A DNA stretch of 64,000 nucleotides from Candidatus Saccharimonadales bacterium. Lineage in GTDB: Bacteria; Patescibacteriota; Saccharimonadia; Saccharimonadales; Saccharimonadaceae. Below are positions 10,367 through 19,104 of the stretch, in pieces (the stretch's first letter is position 1; each line of letters starts with the position of its first letter). The stretch is from the NCBI GenBank assembly GCA_038205065.1, contig JBBRCG010000004.1:793-64792 (forward strand). Reading direction: 5' to 3'. The notes under the pieces were generated by a model, which made no database searches, was not told the DNA's origin, and saw nothing but the letters and a program-made list of their open reading frames with translations. Made by a program: the position numbers and the translations under genes.

Positions 10367-10651
10367 ATGACCACCGGATGGATGGACAGCATTTTTGCTT
10401 CGCGTTTACCTAAGCTCGCCGAGCTCACCGAACGGATCGACGAGGCATTACGGTCGGTAGGGAAAAATCGGAAAGCCTCAAAGATCACTGTCTCGGTGTT
10501 CTGCTACGACGAGCGAGGACAGCTCATCGAGCAGAAGTCCAGCACGCTCAATCTCGCGAACGGCGAGGTGATGGGTGACAAGAGGCGCCGCAAGCCGAAG
10601 GCAACAGTCAGGCCGGCAGGCGCAGACACGGCCTATCACGCGATGAGCTGA
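10367..10651 (+). CDS. Hypothetical basic protein (ORFan)
   Basis: TTGACT-17-TATAAT promoter, GAAGGG SD, downstream GGGGC-GAAA-GCCCC hairpin. Confidence 0.6.
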   Translation: MTTGWMDSIFASRLPKLAELTERIDEALRSVGKNRKASKITVSVFCYDERGQLIEQKSSTLNLANGEVMGDKRRRKPKATVRPAGADTAYHAMS

Positions 10652-10749
10652 TAGCGCTCGGTGGGTCGGGGCGAAAGCCCCGGCCCCCCGCAACACATTC
10701 GCGACCACCCACCCCCAGAGGTGGTATTTTTTATGCTACAATAACAGAT

Positions 10750-12186
10750 ATGAACACTCCTATTCGCACTCGATTTGCCCCTAGTCCGACCGGATATATT
10801 CACGTCGGCAACGTCCGCGCCGCACTCTTTCCTTATCTCCTCGCGCGGCAACAGGGAGGGAGTTTCATCCTCCGCATCGAAGACACCGACCAGGCGCGAT
10901 TCGTCGAAGGTGCGACCGATCTCATCCTCGATACGCTCGAATGGCTCGGTATGGATTGGGACGAAGGCCCTCGCAAAGGTGGGGAATACGGCCCCTACGT
11001 CCAGACTGAACGCCGCGAGATTTATCTGCAATGGGCACAAAAACTCATCGATAAGGGCCTCGCGTACGCTGACCCGTACATCCCAGAGCAGGTCCAGTCG
11101 TTCCGTGAAGAGGCGATTGCCCTCAAAAAACCGTTCCTCTACCGCGACCATCGCCCCGAAAACCCTCCCGCATGGGACGGCTCGCAAGCACTACGATTTA
11201 AAGTCACCGACCCGAAACGCTACACCTGGAACGACCCGATCATGGGCGAGCTCAGCGCCGGACCAGAAGTCCTCGATGATTTCATCCTCATCAAAGCCGA
11301 CGGTTTACCAACCTACAACTTCGCCCACATCGTCGACGACGCCGAGATGGGTATCACGCATGTCATCCGCGGTCTCGAGTATATCTCAAGCATTCCGCGC
11401 TATCTCAGCCTCTATGAGGCGCTAGATCTAGCGTGCCCAGTACTAGCGTGTATGCCTCACATCATGGCGCCTGACGGCAAGAAAAAACTCGGCAAACGTG
11501 ATGGCGCCCGAAGCGTCACGGATTATCGCACCGATGGCATTTTGCCCGAAACGATGCTCAATTTCCTCGCCAGCATGGGGTGGAATGACGGCACCGAACA
11601 GGAGCTATTTAGCCGTGAAGAACTGATCGAAAAATTCAGCCTCGAGCGTGTCCAGCGCAGTGGTGCCAGGTTCGACGAACAGCGCCTCCTCTGGATGAAC
11701 GGCCAATGGATCCGCCGTCTCGAACTCGACGACCTCTACGAACGCGTCCGCCCATATTGGCCGGAAAGCACCGAAGAGGCGAGTGATGAGTACAAAAAAC
11801 ACGTGCTTTCTCTTATCAAAGACCGCCTCAAAACCCTCGCCGAGGTCAGTATGATGACGCGCTATTTCTTCGAAGAGCCGACTGTCGACGAATCGCTTAT
11901 TTCTGGCAATAAGCAGCTTTCGAAACTGACTGACGACGAACGCCGGTCTATCCTCAAAGCATCTCACGATGCTCTCGAAAGTTCCGAATGGACCCCGGAA
12001 GCAATCCAAGAAACGCTCAATAATCTCCTCGAAACCACGGGTGAGAAGCCCGGCACCCTCTTTAGCCTCGTCCGCATCGCGACCACCTGGGCGCCATTCA
12101 GCCCACAACTCAACGATACCCTCGCACTTCTGGGGAAAGAAAAAACCCTCGCGCGTCTACAGACAGCCATTACCCCTGGGGTCTGA
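10750..12186 (+). CDS. gltX: Glutamate--tRNA ligase
   Basis: RTRFAPSPTGYIHVGN (HIGH), LRIEDTD, KKLGKRDG (KMSKS-like). Confidence 0.97.
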   Translation: MNTPIRTRFAPSPTGYIHVGNVRAALFPYLLARQQGGSFILRIEDTDQARFVEGATDLILDTLEWLGMDWDEGPRKGGEYGPYVQTERREIYLQWAQKLIDKGLAYADPYIPEQVQSFREEAIALKKPFLYRDHRPENPPAWDGSQALRFKVTDPKRYTWNDPIMGELSAGPEVLDDFILIKADGLPTYNFAHIVDDAEMGITHVIRGLEYISSIPRYLSLYEALDLACPVLACMPHIMAPDGKKKLGKRDGARSVTDYRTDGILPETMLNFLASMGWNDGTEQELFSREELIEKFSLERVQRSGARFDEQRLLWMNGQWIRRLELDDLYERVRPYWPESTEEASDEYKKHVLSLIKDRLKTLAEVSMMTRYFFEEPTVDESLISGNKQLSKLTDDERRSILKASHDALESSEWTPEAIQETLNNLLETTGEKPGTLFSLVRIATTWAPFSPQLNDTLALLGKEKTLARLQTAITPGV

Positions 12187-12269
12187 TTGACTTATTCGCG
12201 AATGTGTGTTAGAATACTGTCATACAATACTGTCGAGGTGCAACGCATCTCCAGCTATTCGTAATTTGA

Positions 12270-12758
12270 CAAACAGTTAGTGCGCTCAGCGTGAGCAGTC
12301 GTGTCTTTACGGGAGACCCGACTGCTCACGCTGAGCCTCTCAACCCGAGAACGCTCACTAGTACCTCTGGAAGGAATACGTATGGCCATCAAGGTCACCC
12401 TCACCCATACCTCCTACGACGATGAAGGCGTCGACGAGCTCACGCAGACCGTCACGGTCGACGACGAGCCGTACGACATCGCCGACGTCCTGACCGCCGC
12501 CAGCGAGGCTTTCGTCTGCTGGTTCGGCGAAGACGAGAACGAAGGAGAAGCGGTCACTCCCCCCATGGTGGATGTCGTCATCCGCATCAGCGTCGAGTCG
12601 CCAAACGCGACGAGTGACGCCGAGGAGGCCAAGATGCCGACGCCGGAGGGCAACAGCGACTCCTACGGCGACGGAGAGCCGCCGTTCTAGCCGCCGTTGA
12701 GCCACAGGGCCGGGAAGACACATCGTCATCCCGGCCCTGAGCTAGCACTAACTGTTTG
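12270..12758. repeat. Inverted repeats bracketing a single-gene cassette
   Basis: CAAACAGTTAGTGC (12270-12283) is the exact reverse complement of GCACTAACTGTTTG (12745-12758); pairing extends about 6 bp inward across a 2-nt bulge. Confidence 0.7.
12382..12690 (+). CDS. Hypothetical acidic protein (ORFan)
   Basis: GGAAGGA SD before ATG 12382; 18-bp leader hairpin 12284-12336; GGGCCGGGA...TCCCGGCCC hairpin downstream. Confidence 0.65.
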   Translation: MAIKVTLTHTSYDDEGVDELTQTVTVDDEPYDIADVLTAASEAFVCWFGEDENEGEAVTPPMVDVVIRISVESPNATSDAEEAKMPTPEGNSDSYGDGEPPF

Positions 12759-12904
12759 ACTTTCTCATTCGCCTTTACGGCGTTTTATTTTTACCAAAAA
12801 AAAGACGCTCGCGCGTCATTATATCTGCAATAAATTAGTTTGTCCGGTGATCCGGACGGTGCATGTCGCACCGTCCGGATCACTTGAGTGGGCCACTGCG
12901 GTCG

Positions 12905-13258
12905 CTAGGAGGCAGCCCAGGTCATCTGACCTTGGATTGCCTCCTGGATTGCCGAGTCTCTGCGATTTCCTCGCCAATTGTGGAGATTCAGCATCGTTTC
13001 ACGGCGGCCGCGGATCCGAGAGCCAGCACCACCCCTCACGGCGCGAACCATGACTGCCTTCACGTTCCTCCCGTAGAAGTGTGAATACACATTGACGAGA
13101 CTCACCACCACCGACCCCGCCCGAGACTTCGGGTCGGCACCGTGCGGCACTTCCGTGCCGTCAATGGTGACGAGCACTTTCAGTTCGTCCGCGAGGCGAC
13201 GCACGACGCCACCTTCAGGGACAAATCCACCAAGCAGATCAGTATCCACTCTTATCAC
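12905..13258 (-). CDS. Hypothetical protein (ORFan)
   Basis: GAAAGGAA SD next to GTG; 16-bp hairpin GTGATCCGGACGGTGC/GCACCGTCCGGATCAC downstream (12847-12883). Confidence 0.5.
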   Translation of the reverse strand: MIRVDTDLLGGFVPEGGVVRRLADELKVLVTIDGTEVPHGADPKSRAGSVVVSLVNVYSHFYGRNVKAVMVRAVRGGAGSRIRGRRETMLNLHNWRGNRRDSAIQEAIQGQMTWAAS

Positions 13259-13345
13259 TTCCTTTCGGTCTCTGTGATCGACACACTATACCATATCCCC
13301 ACCTCTACCGCCAGCATGAGCGGTATGGTACACTACTAGGTAGAT

Positions 13346-14434
13346 ATGGAAACGGAAAAAAGGGCAATTTCTCGTCGTGCGAGGGTGTGGCAATGGATAA
13401 AATCTCATCGCCCAATTGTTATCGCTATTATTGGCGCTATCTTGATCGCCGCGGCAAGCGTGACGACGTACGCCATCTTGAGCCAACCGCTTCCGAAGCT
13501 TGATACCACTCCGATCGCCGTCAAGCCAAAACCTCCTGTGGTTAAATATTACTCTCTTTTGAACGGGATCCAGGTCGCTGGCGCGGCGAATCAAACCAGT
13601 CCCGTCACCGCAATTATGATCGAAAACAGCCCCGACGCGCGCCCGCAATCAGGCCTCAAGCAAGCCGAAGTCGTCTACGAAGCGATCGCCGAGGGTGGTA
13701 TCACACGATTTCTCGCGCTTTATCAGCAGAACAAACCCCAGCTTATCGGCCCGGTCCGTAGTGTCCGCCCGTACTATGTCGACTGGCTCGCACCGTACCA
13801 GCCGAGCATTGCCCATGTCGGCGGGAGTGCGGCCGCCCTCGCCGAGGTACGAAACGGCAATTACCGCGACCTCGACCAGTTCTTCAACGGCTCCTACTAT
13901 TGGCGCTCCACCGATCGCTACGCTCCCCACAACGTCTACACCAGTTTCGCAAAACTCGACGCCCTCAATGCCAAAAAAGGCTACACCTCGAGTGACTTTA
14001 CCTCATTTGCACGCACCGACGGTGCTCCTGCTGCGACTCAAGATGCGACCTCTGTTGATGTGACGATCAGTAGCGCATTGTTTAACTCCCACTACGATTA
14101 CGATGTGGCCACAAATTCCTACAATCGCTCCCAGGGTGGCGCGCCTCATCTCGATAGGGAAGAGGGCCAAATTTCACCGAGTTCGGTGATCGTTATGGAC
14201 GTCAATATGTCGCTCATCATGCAGGATGGCTACCGCGAAGACATCACGACTTCTGGCACCGGCAAAGCTTACGTGTTCCAAAACGGCACCGTCCAGGCAG
14301 TAACCTGGCAGAAATCCGACCACACGAGTCCGCTTCGTCTCGTCGGAGCCGACGGAAAAGACATCTCTCTCGTCAGGGGCCAAACCTGGATCACGGCTGT
14401 ACCAAACGGCACGGGAGGCGTCACGTGGAAGTAG
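13346..14434 (+). CDS. DUF3048 (YerB-like) membrane-anchored protein
   Basis: MIENSPDARPQSGL..AEVVYE..AEGGITRFLA...GPVRSVRPY...HVGGS...R.APHNVY. Confidence 0.85.
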   Translation: METEKRAISRRARVWQWIKSHRPIVIAIIGAILIAAASVTTYAILSQPLPKLDTTPIAVKPKPPVVKYYSLLNGIQVAGAANQTSPVTAIMIENSPDARPQSGLKQAEVVYEAIAEGGITRFLALYQQNKPQLIGPVRSVRPYYVDWLAPYQPSIAHVGGSAAALAEVRNGNYRDLDQFFNGSYYWRSTDRYAPHNVYTSFAKLDALNAKKGYTSSDFTSFARTDGAPAATQDATSVDVTISSALFNSHYDYDVATNSYNRSQGGAPHLDREEGQISPSSVIVMDVNMSLIMQDGYREDITTSGTGKAYVFQNGTVQAVTWQKSDHTSPLRLVGADGKDISLVRGQTWITAVPNGTGGVTWK

Positions 14435-15978
14435 AAGTCGAAGAGGTGAAACGCGCCCACCAGAAGATGATCAAGGAATATTGGCCGTCGTACTACAAAA
14501 AAGCCATCCTCGGTACCGTCGGCATGGAAGTATTGCTCACGGCGGTCGTCATCGGAGCGCTAGTCATGGTCGGTATGCCTGTCGAGGGACTTGGATTCTG
14601 GATTATCATCATCGCGGTGCTCGTCGGGGCAGTCGGTGTAAATATTATCTTGATCAATCAAGTGACGTTACCTCTCAAGGATCTCTCTGCAGCTCTCACG
14701 CACGTTTCGGGCGAACAGAGCGACGTGGTTCCGCCAAATCCAAACGCCAAACGCTACGAGCGAAACGGCTTCAAGCCACTACTACAGTATCTGTACGAGA
14801 ACGCGTCCGGTACGCAAGTCGGTGCGGGCGATACTGGTGAAACAGAGGTGAAATTACTCTCGCAGGCCTTTGATCAGACGCACGCTGGCATCGTCGTGCT
14901 CGACTCATCGGGCGCCGTCCAATACGCGAATAAGCACGCGCCTATCTCGCTCGGCCCCGATAACATCAAGCACCTCGATCTGCTATTCGAAGATGAAGGC
15001 GCCCTCGAAACCTGGCTCGCGAGTGTTCGCGACGTCCAAGTCCACGCCGAAAAAACCTGGCTCCGCGTGCCGAACAAAGTCGTCGGCGAAGAAGATCGCC
15101 GGATTTTTGACGTTGCGGCGACATTCGAGAAGGGGAGTAAGGCCGAGATCGTCCTCGTGCTCTTCGATCAGTCGGGTGAATACCAACCCGAAGATGATGC
15201 ACTCGATTTCATCTCATTTGCCGCCCACGAGCTCCGCGGCCCGATCACTGTCATCCGCGGCTACCTCGACGTGCTCGATATCGAGACCGAAAATATCCTG
15301 CAACCAGATCAGCGCGAGCTCATCAAGCGTCTCGTCGTGAGTGCCAACCGCCTCTCGAGCTATATCAATAACATCCTCAATGCCTCGCGCTATGACCGCC
15401 GTCACCTCAAGCTTCATCTCGTCGAGGACAATGTCGCCGACATCTACGACACGATCAATGACGATATGATGCTCCGTGCCGAGTCCCAGAACCGGCTCCT
15501 GTCGGTTGAGATTCCGCGCGATCTGCCAACCATCGCCGCCGACCGCTCTAGCCTCTCTGAGGTGATAGGCAACCTCATCGATAACGCCATCAAATACTCA
15601 AACGAAGGTGGCCTCGTCCACGTGACCGCTGCCGTCGATGGCAATTCGGTCAAAGTCTCCATCGAAGATCATGGTATCGGCATCCCGTCGAGCGTCATCG
15701 GCAATCTATTCCACAAATTTTATCGCTCACACCGCTCACGCGAGACCGTCGCCGGCACCGGTATCGGCCTCTATATCTGCAAAGCGATCGTCGAGAGCCA
15801 CGGTGGTACGATCGGGGTCACGAGCGCCGAGGACCAAGGTTCGACATTTAGCTTCGACGTCCCGATCTATGCGACCGTCAAAGACAAGCTCCTCGCTGGC
15901 GACAGCATCAATTCCAACGCGGGAATCATCTCCACCGGTGGTAGCTGGATAAAAAATCATTCGATGTATAAAGGGTAA
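14425..15978 (+). CDS. Sensor histidine kinase (HisKA + HATPase)
   Basis: Two TMs, AAHELRGP H-box, NLIDNAIKY N-box, DHGIGI, GTGIGL, GSTF. Confidence 0.95.
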   Translation: MEVEVEEVKRAHQKMIKEYWPSYYKKAILGTVGMEVLLTAVVIGALVMVGMPVEGLGFWIIIIAVLVGAVGVNIILINQVTLPLKDLSAALTHVSGEQSDVVPPNPNAKRYERNGFKPLLQYLYENASGTQVGAGDTGETEVKLLSQAFDQTHAGIVVLDSSGAVQYANKHAPISLGPDNIKHLDLLFEDEGALETWLASVRDVQVHAEKTWLRVPNKVVGEEDRRIFDVAATFEKGSKAEIVLVLFDQSGEYQPEDDALDFISFAAHELRGPITVIRGYLDVLDIETENILQPDQRELIKRLVVSANRLSSYINNILNASRYDRRHLKLHLVEDNVADIYDTINDDMMLRAESQNRLLSVEIPRDLPTIAADRSSLSEVIGNLIDNAIKYSNEGGLVHVTAAVDGNSVKVSIEDHGIGIPSSVIGNLFHKFYRSHRSRETVAGTGIGLYICKAIVESHGGTIGVTSAEDQGSTFSFDVPIYATVKDKLLAGDSINSNAGIISTGGSWIKNHSMYKG

Positions 15979-15996
15979 CAGAGGTATAATAACGAT

Positions 15997-16368
15997 ATGG
16001 CCATTCACACAGTACTCGTAGTCGAAGACGACCGATTCATCGGCGAGATGTATGTCCGTAGCCTTCAGCACGCCGGGTACACTGTCGACTGGGTCGTCGA
16101 TGGCAATGACGGCATCGTCGCGGCGCGCAACAAACCCTACGATCTCATCCTCCTCGATATCATGCTTCCCGAAGTTCGCGGCACCGACATCCTCCGCCAA
16201 TTGAAAAAAGGTGACAATCCTATCGCGCCTAATTCAAAAGTCATCATCATGACCAATTTCGACCAAGACGAAGACTCGCGCACCGCCATGGAGCACGACG
16301 CCGACGGTTACCTCATCAAAGCCGAGATCACCCCCAGAAAACTCCTCGAACTCATCGGGCAGATGTAG
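15997..16368 (+). CDS. Single-domain response regulator (receiver only)
   Basis: VVEDD, LLDIMLP, MTN, YLIKA; 123 aa. Confidence 0.93.
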   Translation: MAIHTVLVVEDDRFIGEMYVRSLQHAGYTVDWVVDGNDGIVAARNKPYDLILLDIMLPEVRGTDILRQLKKGDNPIAPNSKVIIMTNFDQDEDSRTAMEHDADGYLIKAEITPRKLLELIGQM

Positions 16369-16376
16369 TAGTATTT

Positions 16377-16406
16377 GACATAATACTACATTATATGTTA
16401 TAATGA
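16377..16406 (+). promoter_or_regulatory. Sigma-70 promoter upstream of the tRNA-Glu leader
   Basis: TTGACA...TATAAT; the -35 is the spacer of the palindrome GTAGTATT-TGACAT-AATACTAC. Confidence 0.65.
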
Positions 16407-16597
16407 AGAGATAGACTAGACGCACTGGTCTTTTTTTGATAAGATACGACAAGCCATTTGGCCCCATATCCTTCGGATATGTGACTCAAATTGCACCAAA
16501 GTGAGTAAGCCAATTTGGCCCATCTGATTACAGATGAAGCCATTCGGCTCGAAATAAAAAATGAGCAAGACTCATTTTGTCTTTCGCTCGCTCTCAT

Positions 16598-16672
16598 GGC
16601 CCCATCGTCTAACGGTTAGGACACCAGGTTCTCATCCTGACAATCCGAGTTCGATTCTCGGTAGGGTCACCA
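16598..16672 (+). tRNA. tRNA-Glu(CTC)
   Basis: GGCCCCATCGTCTAACGGTTAGGACACCAGGTT-CTC-ATCCTGACAATCCGAGTTCGATTCTCGGTAGGGTCACCA. Confidence 0.97.
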
Positions 16673-16887
16673 AAGTAAAAACCTCTGGCTTTAGCTAGGG
16701 GTTTTTACTTTGGTGATCTCCATCTGGAAAACGAGAAGCCGCTGGGACCGCAAAATTATTGTTTATTACTTGAAAATGTGATATTATATTCGGAATTCCT
16801 CGTGGATGCGAGGTGGCGACACAGCAATGGGTCGTAACGGTCTCTCTGCCAAACCTCATTGGCAAGCGCAAGAGAAAGGTAAGCCGG

Positions 16888-17244
16888 ATGGCTACCAATT
16901 TCAACGTCGAGCGCATCGACATCATCGAAGGTCCCCGACTCGAGGACCTGCTGATGCACATGGCTCTTGTCGTGGCCTTCAGGGAACGCGGTACCTCACT
17001 TCGATCCGACGACATCCAGGTGTCGTTCGACGAAGTCCGGTACTACGACGACGAAGGTCATGACGTCGGCGAGCTCCTTGCCGGTGCCGTGAGCTTCAGG
17101 GGAACCCTCGTTGCGATCTCCTTCCTCGGAAGGGATCCATCGAAAGCGCCGAACTTCGTCATCGCGATGAAGTCGGGGCTGGGGATCTTCGAGGGTCACT
17201 ACAACGTGCAGACCCGAAAGGGTTGTCTCGTGCACGTGAAGTGA
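16888..17244 (+). CDS. Hypothetical protein (ORFan) between duplicated tRNA-Glu 3' ends
   Basis: GAAAGG SD, ATG 16888, terminator GTCCCGCACCGA...TCGGTGCGGGAC plus T-run. Confidence 0.7.
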   Translation: MATNFNVERIDIIEGPRLEDLLMHMALVVAFRERGTSLRSDDIQVSFDEVRYYDDEGHDVGELLAGAVSFRGTLVAISFLGRDPSKAPNFVIAMKSGLGIFEGHYNVQTRKGCLVHVK

Positions 17245-17496
17245 GCACATGTCCCGCACCGATACCCTCGGTGCGGGACTGCTTCTTTTTAGGGCGAAAG
17301 CTTGAATCTCATCCAGAAAATCGCGGGTGAGAATTGTCGGTGACAATTCGCAAGGCAATCTCACGGATGAACTGGTTCATTCGACTGAGTTGCGGGTGAG
17401 ACAGTTCCGTGAACTGTCGCAAGGACACCTTCAGATGAAATCTGTGATTTCAATCTCGAAGTGTCGGGGTCGCAGTGTGCGACCGCGGAACGTGAC

Positions 17497-17558
17497 CGAC
17501 TCCCGCAGGGGTCACCAAACTAAAAGCCTCATCTTTACGATGGGGTTTTTAGTTTGGT
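17497..17558 (+). repeat. Degenerate copy of tRNA-Glu 3' end plus terminator (att-like)
   Basis: GGGTCACCAAACTAAAAGCCTC (17509-17530) vs GGGTCACCAAAGTAAAAACCTC (16664-16685), 20/22 identical; preceded by CGACTCCCGCAGG, a decayed T-arm. Confidence 0.7.
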
Positions 17559-17785
17559 AAATCTTGTCAGAGATTTGAACCCAGAGGGTGCGATAGCGGA
17601 GCGAGACCGGGGGAGCTTTCTCATCCGTAGCTCGCGAACGATATACCATAGTACCCCCGCAGAGATTACAACGAATGAATTCATCCGCATATATTAATAT
17701 ATGAGAAAGAGTGCTTGTACTACAAGCATACATAATGTATACTTATCTACATGAATAGATTATCACTTACTCGGAGGAGGAAAAT

Positions 17786-18619
17786 ATGAGTGTTAAGATA
17801 ACCCTAATAGGGGACGGGCTCAGTTACGAGTGCGACGCAACCGTTGTTCAGGCAGCGAAGATTATCGGATTCCTAAATACAGACGACACGCTTTCTAATG
17901 ACTATGGCTCTACCAATCCAACATTAAGTACATCGTTTATTGAGGCACCTCAAGCTAGGGCTCTTTCTTCCCCGCGCGAAGCGATCCTCGGCGCTAATGC
18001 TAAAACAAATTCTCAGAAAATCCTCGTCTTGGGCGCCTACCTAACGCAAAGAGACGGATCGGATGAGTTTGCAACATCTGAGTTGAAGACATTGTTCGTC
18101 AAGGCAGGCGAGCCTGCACCCAGGAATCTCACTCGAGATATTCGGGATGCGATAAAGGTCGGTTATATTATGGAGAGTATGACATCTTCAGACATGTATG
18201 CCGTTACCAACACCGGTCTCCAGACCCTAGAGGAAGGGTTTAGCTCAACGTTACAAAAAAAGACCCGTAAAAAATCCAGTAGCAAATCTTCGAGGAAGAC
18301 AAGCACACCGGAGTGGTTACTCGGACTTTCAGTCGATGACCAGCTCGAAGGGTTCCCGTCCTATAGACAGCTTGGAACTCGGAGTAACAAAGTGCTCTGG
18401 ATTTTACAGTGGGTTACGATAGCAGGCAGAGAACGCATCACCGGTACTGACATCTGTTCTGTAGCCGACAAGCTATCAGACGATATTCCCGCTAAACAAG
18501 TTGCCGCAAGCTTTTCACAGCACCTATCAGGTGGCCGGGTATCGAAGACGGCTGACGGCTACAAAATTTTATTCAGTGGTAGCCAATACCTGAAGCAACT
18601 CGTAGGCACGGAAGGTTAA
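17786..18619 (+). CDS. Hypothetical protein with two predicted winged-helix domains
   Basis: AKTNSQKILVLGAYL...EFATSELKTLFVKAGEPAPRNLTRDIRDAIKVGYI...YAVTNTG and a second similar unit (KVLWILQW...ITGTDI...YKILFSG); strong GGAGGAGG SD; AT-richer codons. Confidence 0.6.
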   Translation: MSVKITLIGDGLSYECDATVVQAAKIIGFLNTDDTLSNDYGSTNPTLSTSFIEAPQARALSSPREAILGANAKTNSQKILVLGAYLTQRDGSDEFATSELKTLFVKAGEPAPRNLTRDIRDAIKVGYIMESMTSSDMYAVTNTGLQTLEEGFSSTLQKKTRKKSSSKSSRKTSTPEWLLGLSVDDQLEGFPSYRQLGTRSNKVLWILQWVTIAGRERITGTDICSVADKLSDDIPAKQVAASFSQHLSGGRVSKTADGYKILFSGSQYLKQLVGTEG

Positions 18620-18621
18620 CC

Positions 18622-19011
18622 ATGGAGCGTCTGCCAACTGAGGATTTAATCGCAAAATACCGGGCTGAGTACCAAAAGTTAAAGCCGATACATTCGAATG
18701 CGATCGGCGAAAAGGTCTACTTTAATATGCCCGGTTTTAAGCACTTGATCTTTAAAGGCAGCCACCGCCGAGAAACGGCAACTATTTTTAATCGCCTCGT
18801 TCTCATTCCGCTTATTGCACCCGTCATATATAATTGCAAAGAAGAGATTGAAATCCGAATTCGCAAAGAAATAATTGATGGTAAGAAAACACGAGTGACA
18901 TATTACGCCCTCGAGGCTCATGTCGGCAAAGACAGTGTTCGCGTTCGTGTTATAACTCGCAAAGTAGGCGAGAAGGGCAAACACTACTTCATGAGTATTA
19001 TGAAGTACTAA
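18622..19011 (+). CDS. Small basic protein, putative RelE/PBECR-like ribonuclease
   Basis: 129 aa, K/R-rich; VYFN..GFKHL..K...R...R and YYAL....VRVRVITRKVG..GKHYFMSIM pattern recalled from BECR-fold nucleases; not verified by search. Confidence 0.45.
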   Translation: MERLPTEDLIAKYRAEYQKLKPIHSNAIGEKVYFNMPGFKHLIFKGSHRRETATIFNRLVLIPLIAPVIYNCKEEIEIRIRKEIIDGKKTRVTYYALEAHVGKDSVRVRVITRKVGEKGKHYFMSIMKY

Positions 19012-19104
19012 AAAACGCCCCAGATGAGACGTTCTTTAGTGTGCTCGTTTCCAGACTTAGGAGATTTAACCTTGGCCGGTTCTAGGGCAAGCCCCACGAA
19101 CACA
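19012..19104 (-). ncRNA. Candidate antisense small RNA convergent on the 18622-19011 gene
   Basis: Minus-strand TTGCAA(19133-38)-17 nt-TATTAT(19110-15); 9-bp closing stem with a G-U pair; terminator AACGTCTC-ATCT-GGGGCGTT-TTTT ending at the stop codon of the CDS. Confidence 0.55.

Noticed and set aside
16440-17500. CRISPR array
   Set aside because: Only two or three repeat units with irregular or structured spacers and no cas genes
17724-17731. loxP spacer GCATACAT
   Set aside because: The 13-bp Cre-binding arms are absent; chance 8-mer
17512-17733. Remnant of a large serine recombinase zinc ribbon (FIRCNLCGGTM)
   Set aside because: A single short CxxC match inside an ORF that overlaps the terminator and a promoter; too little to support a call
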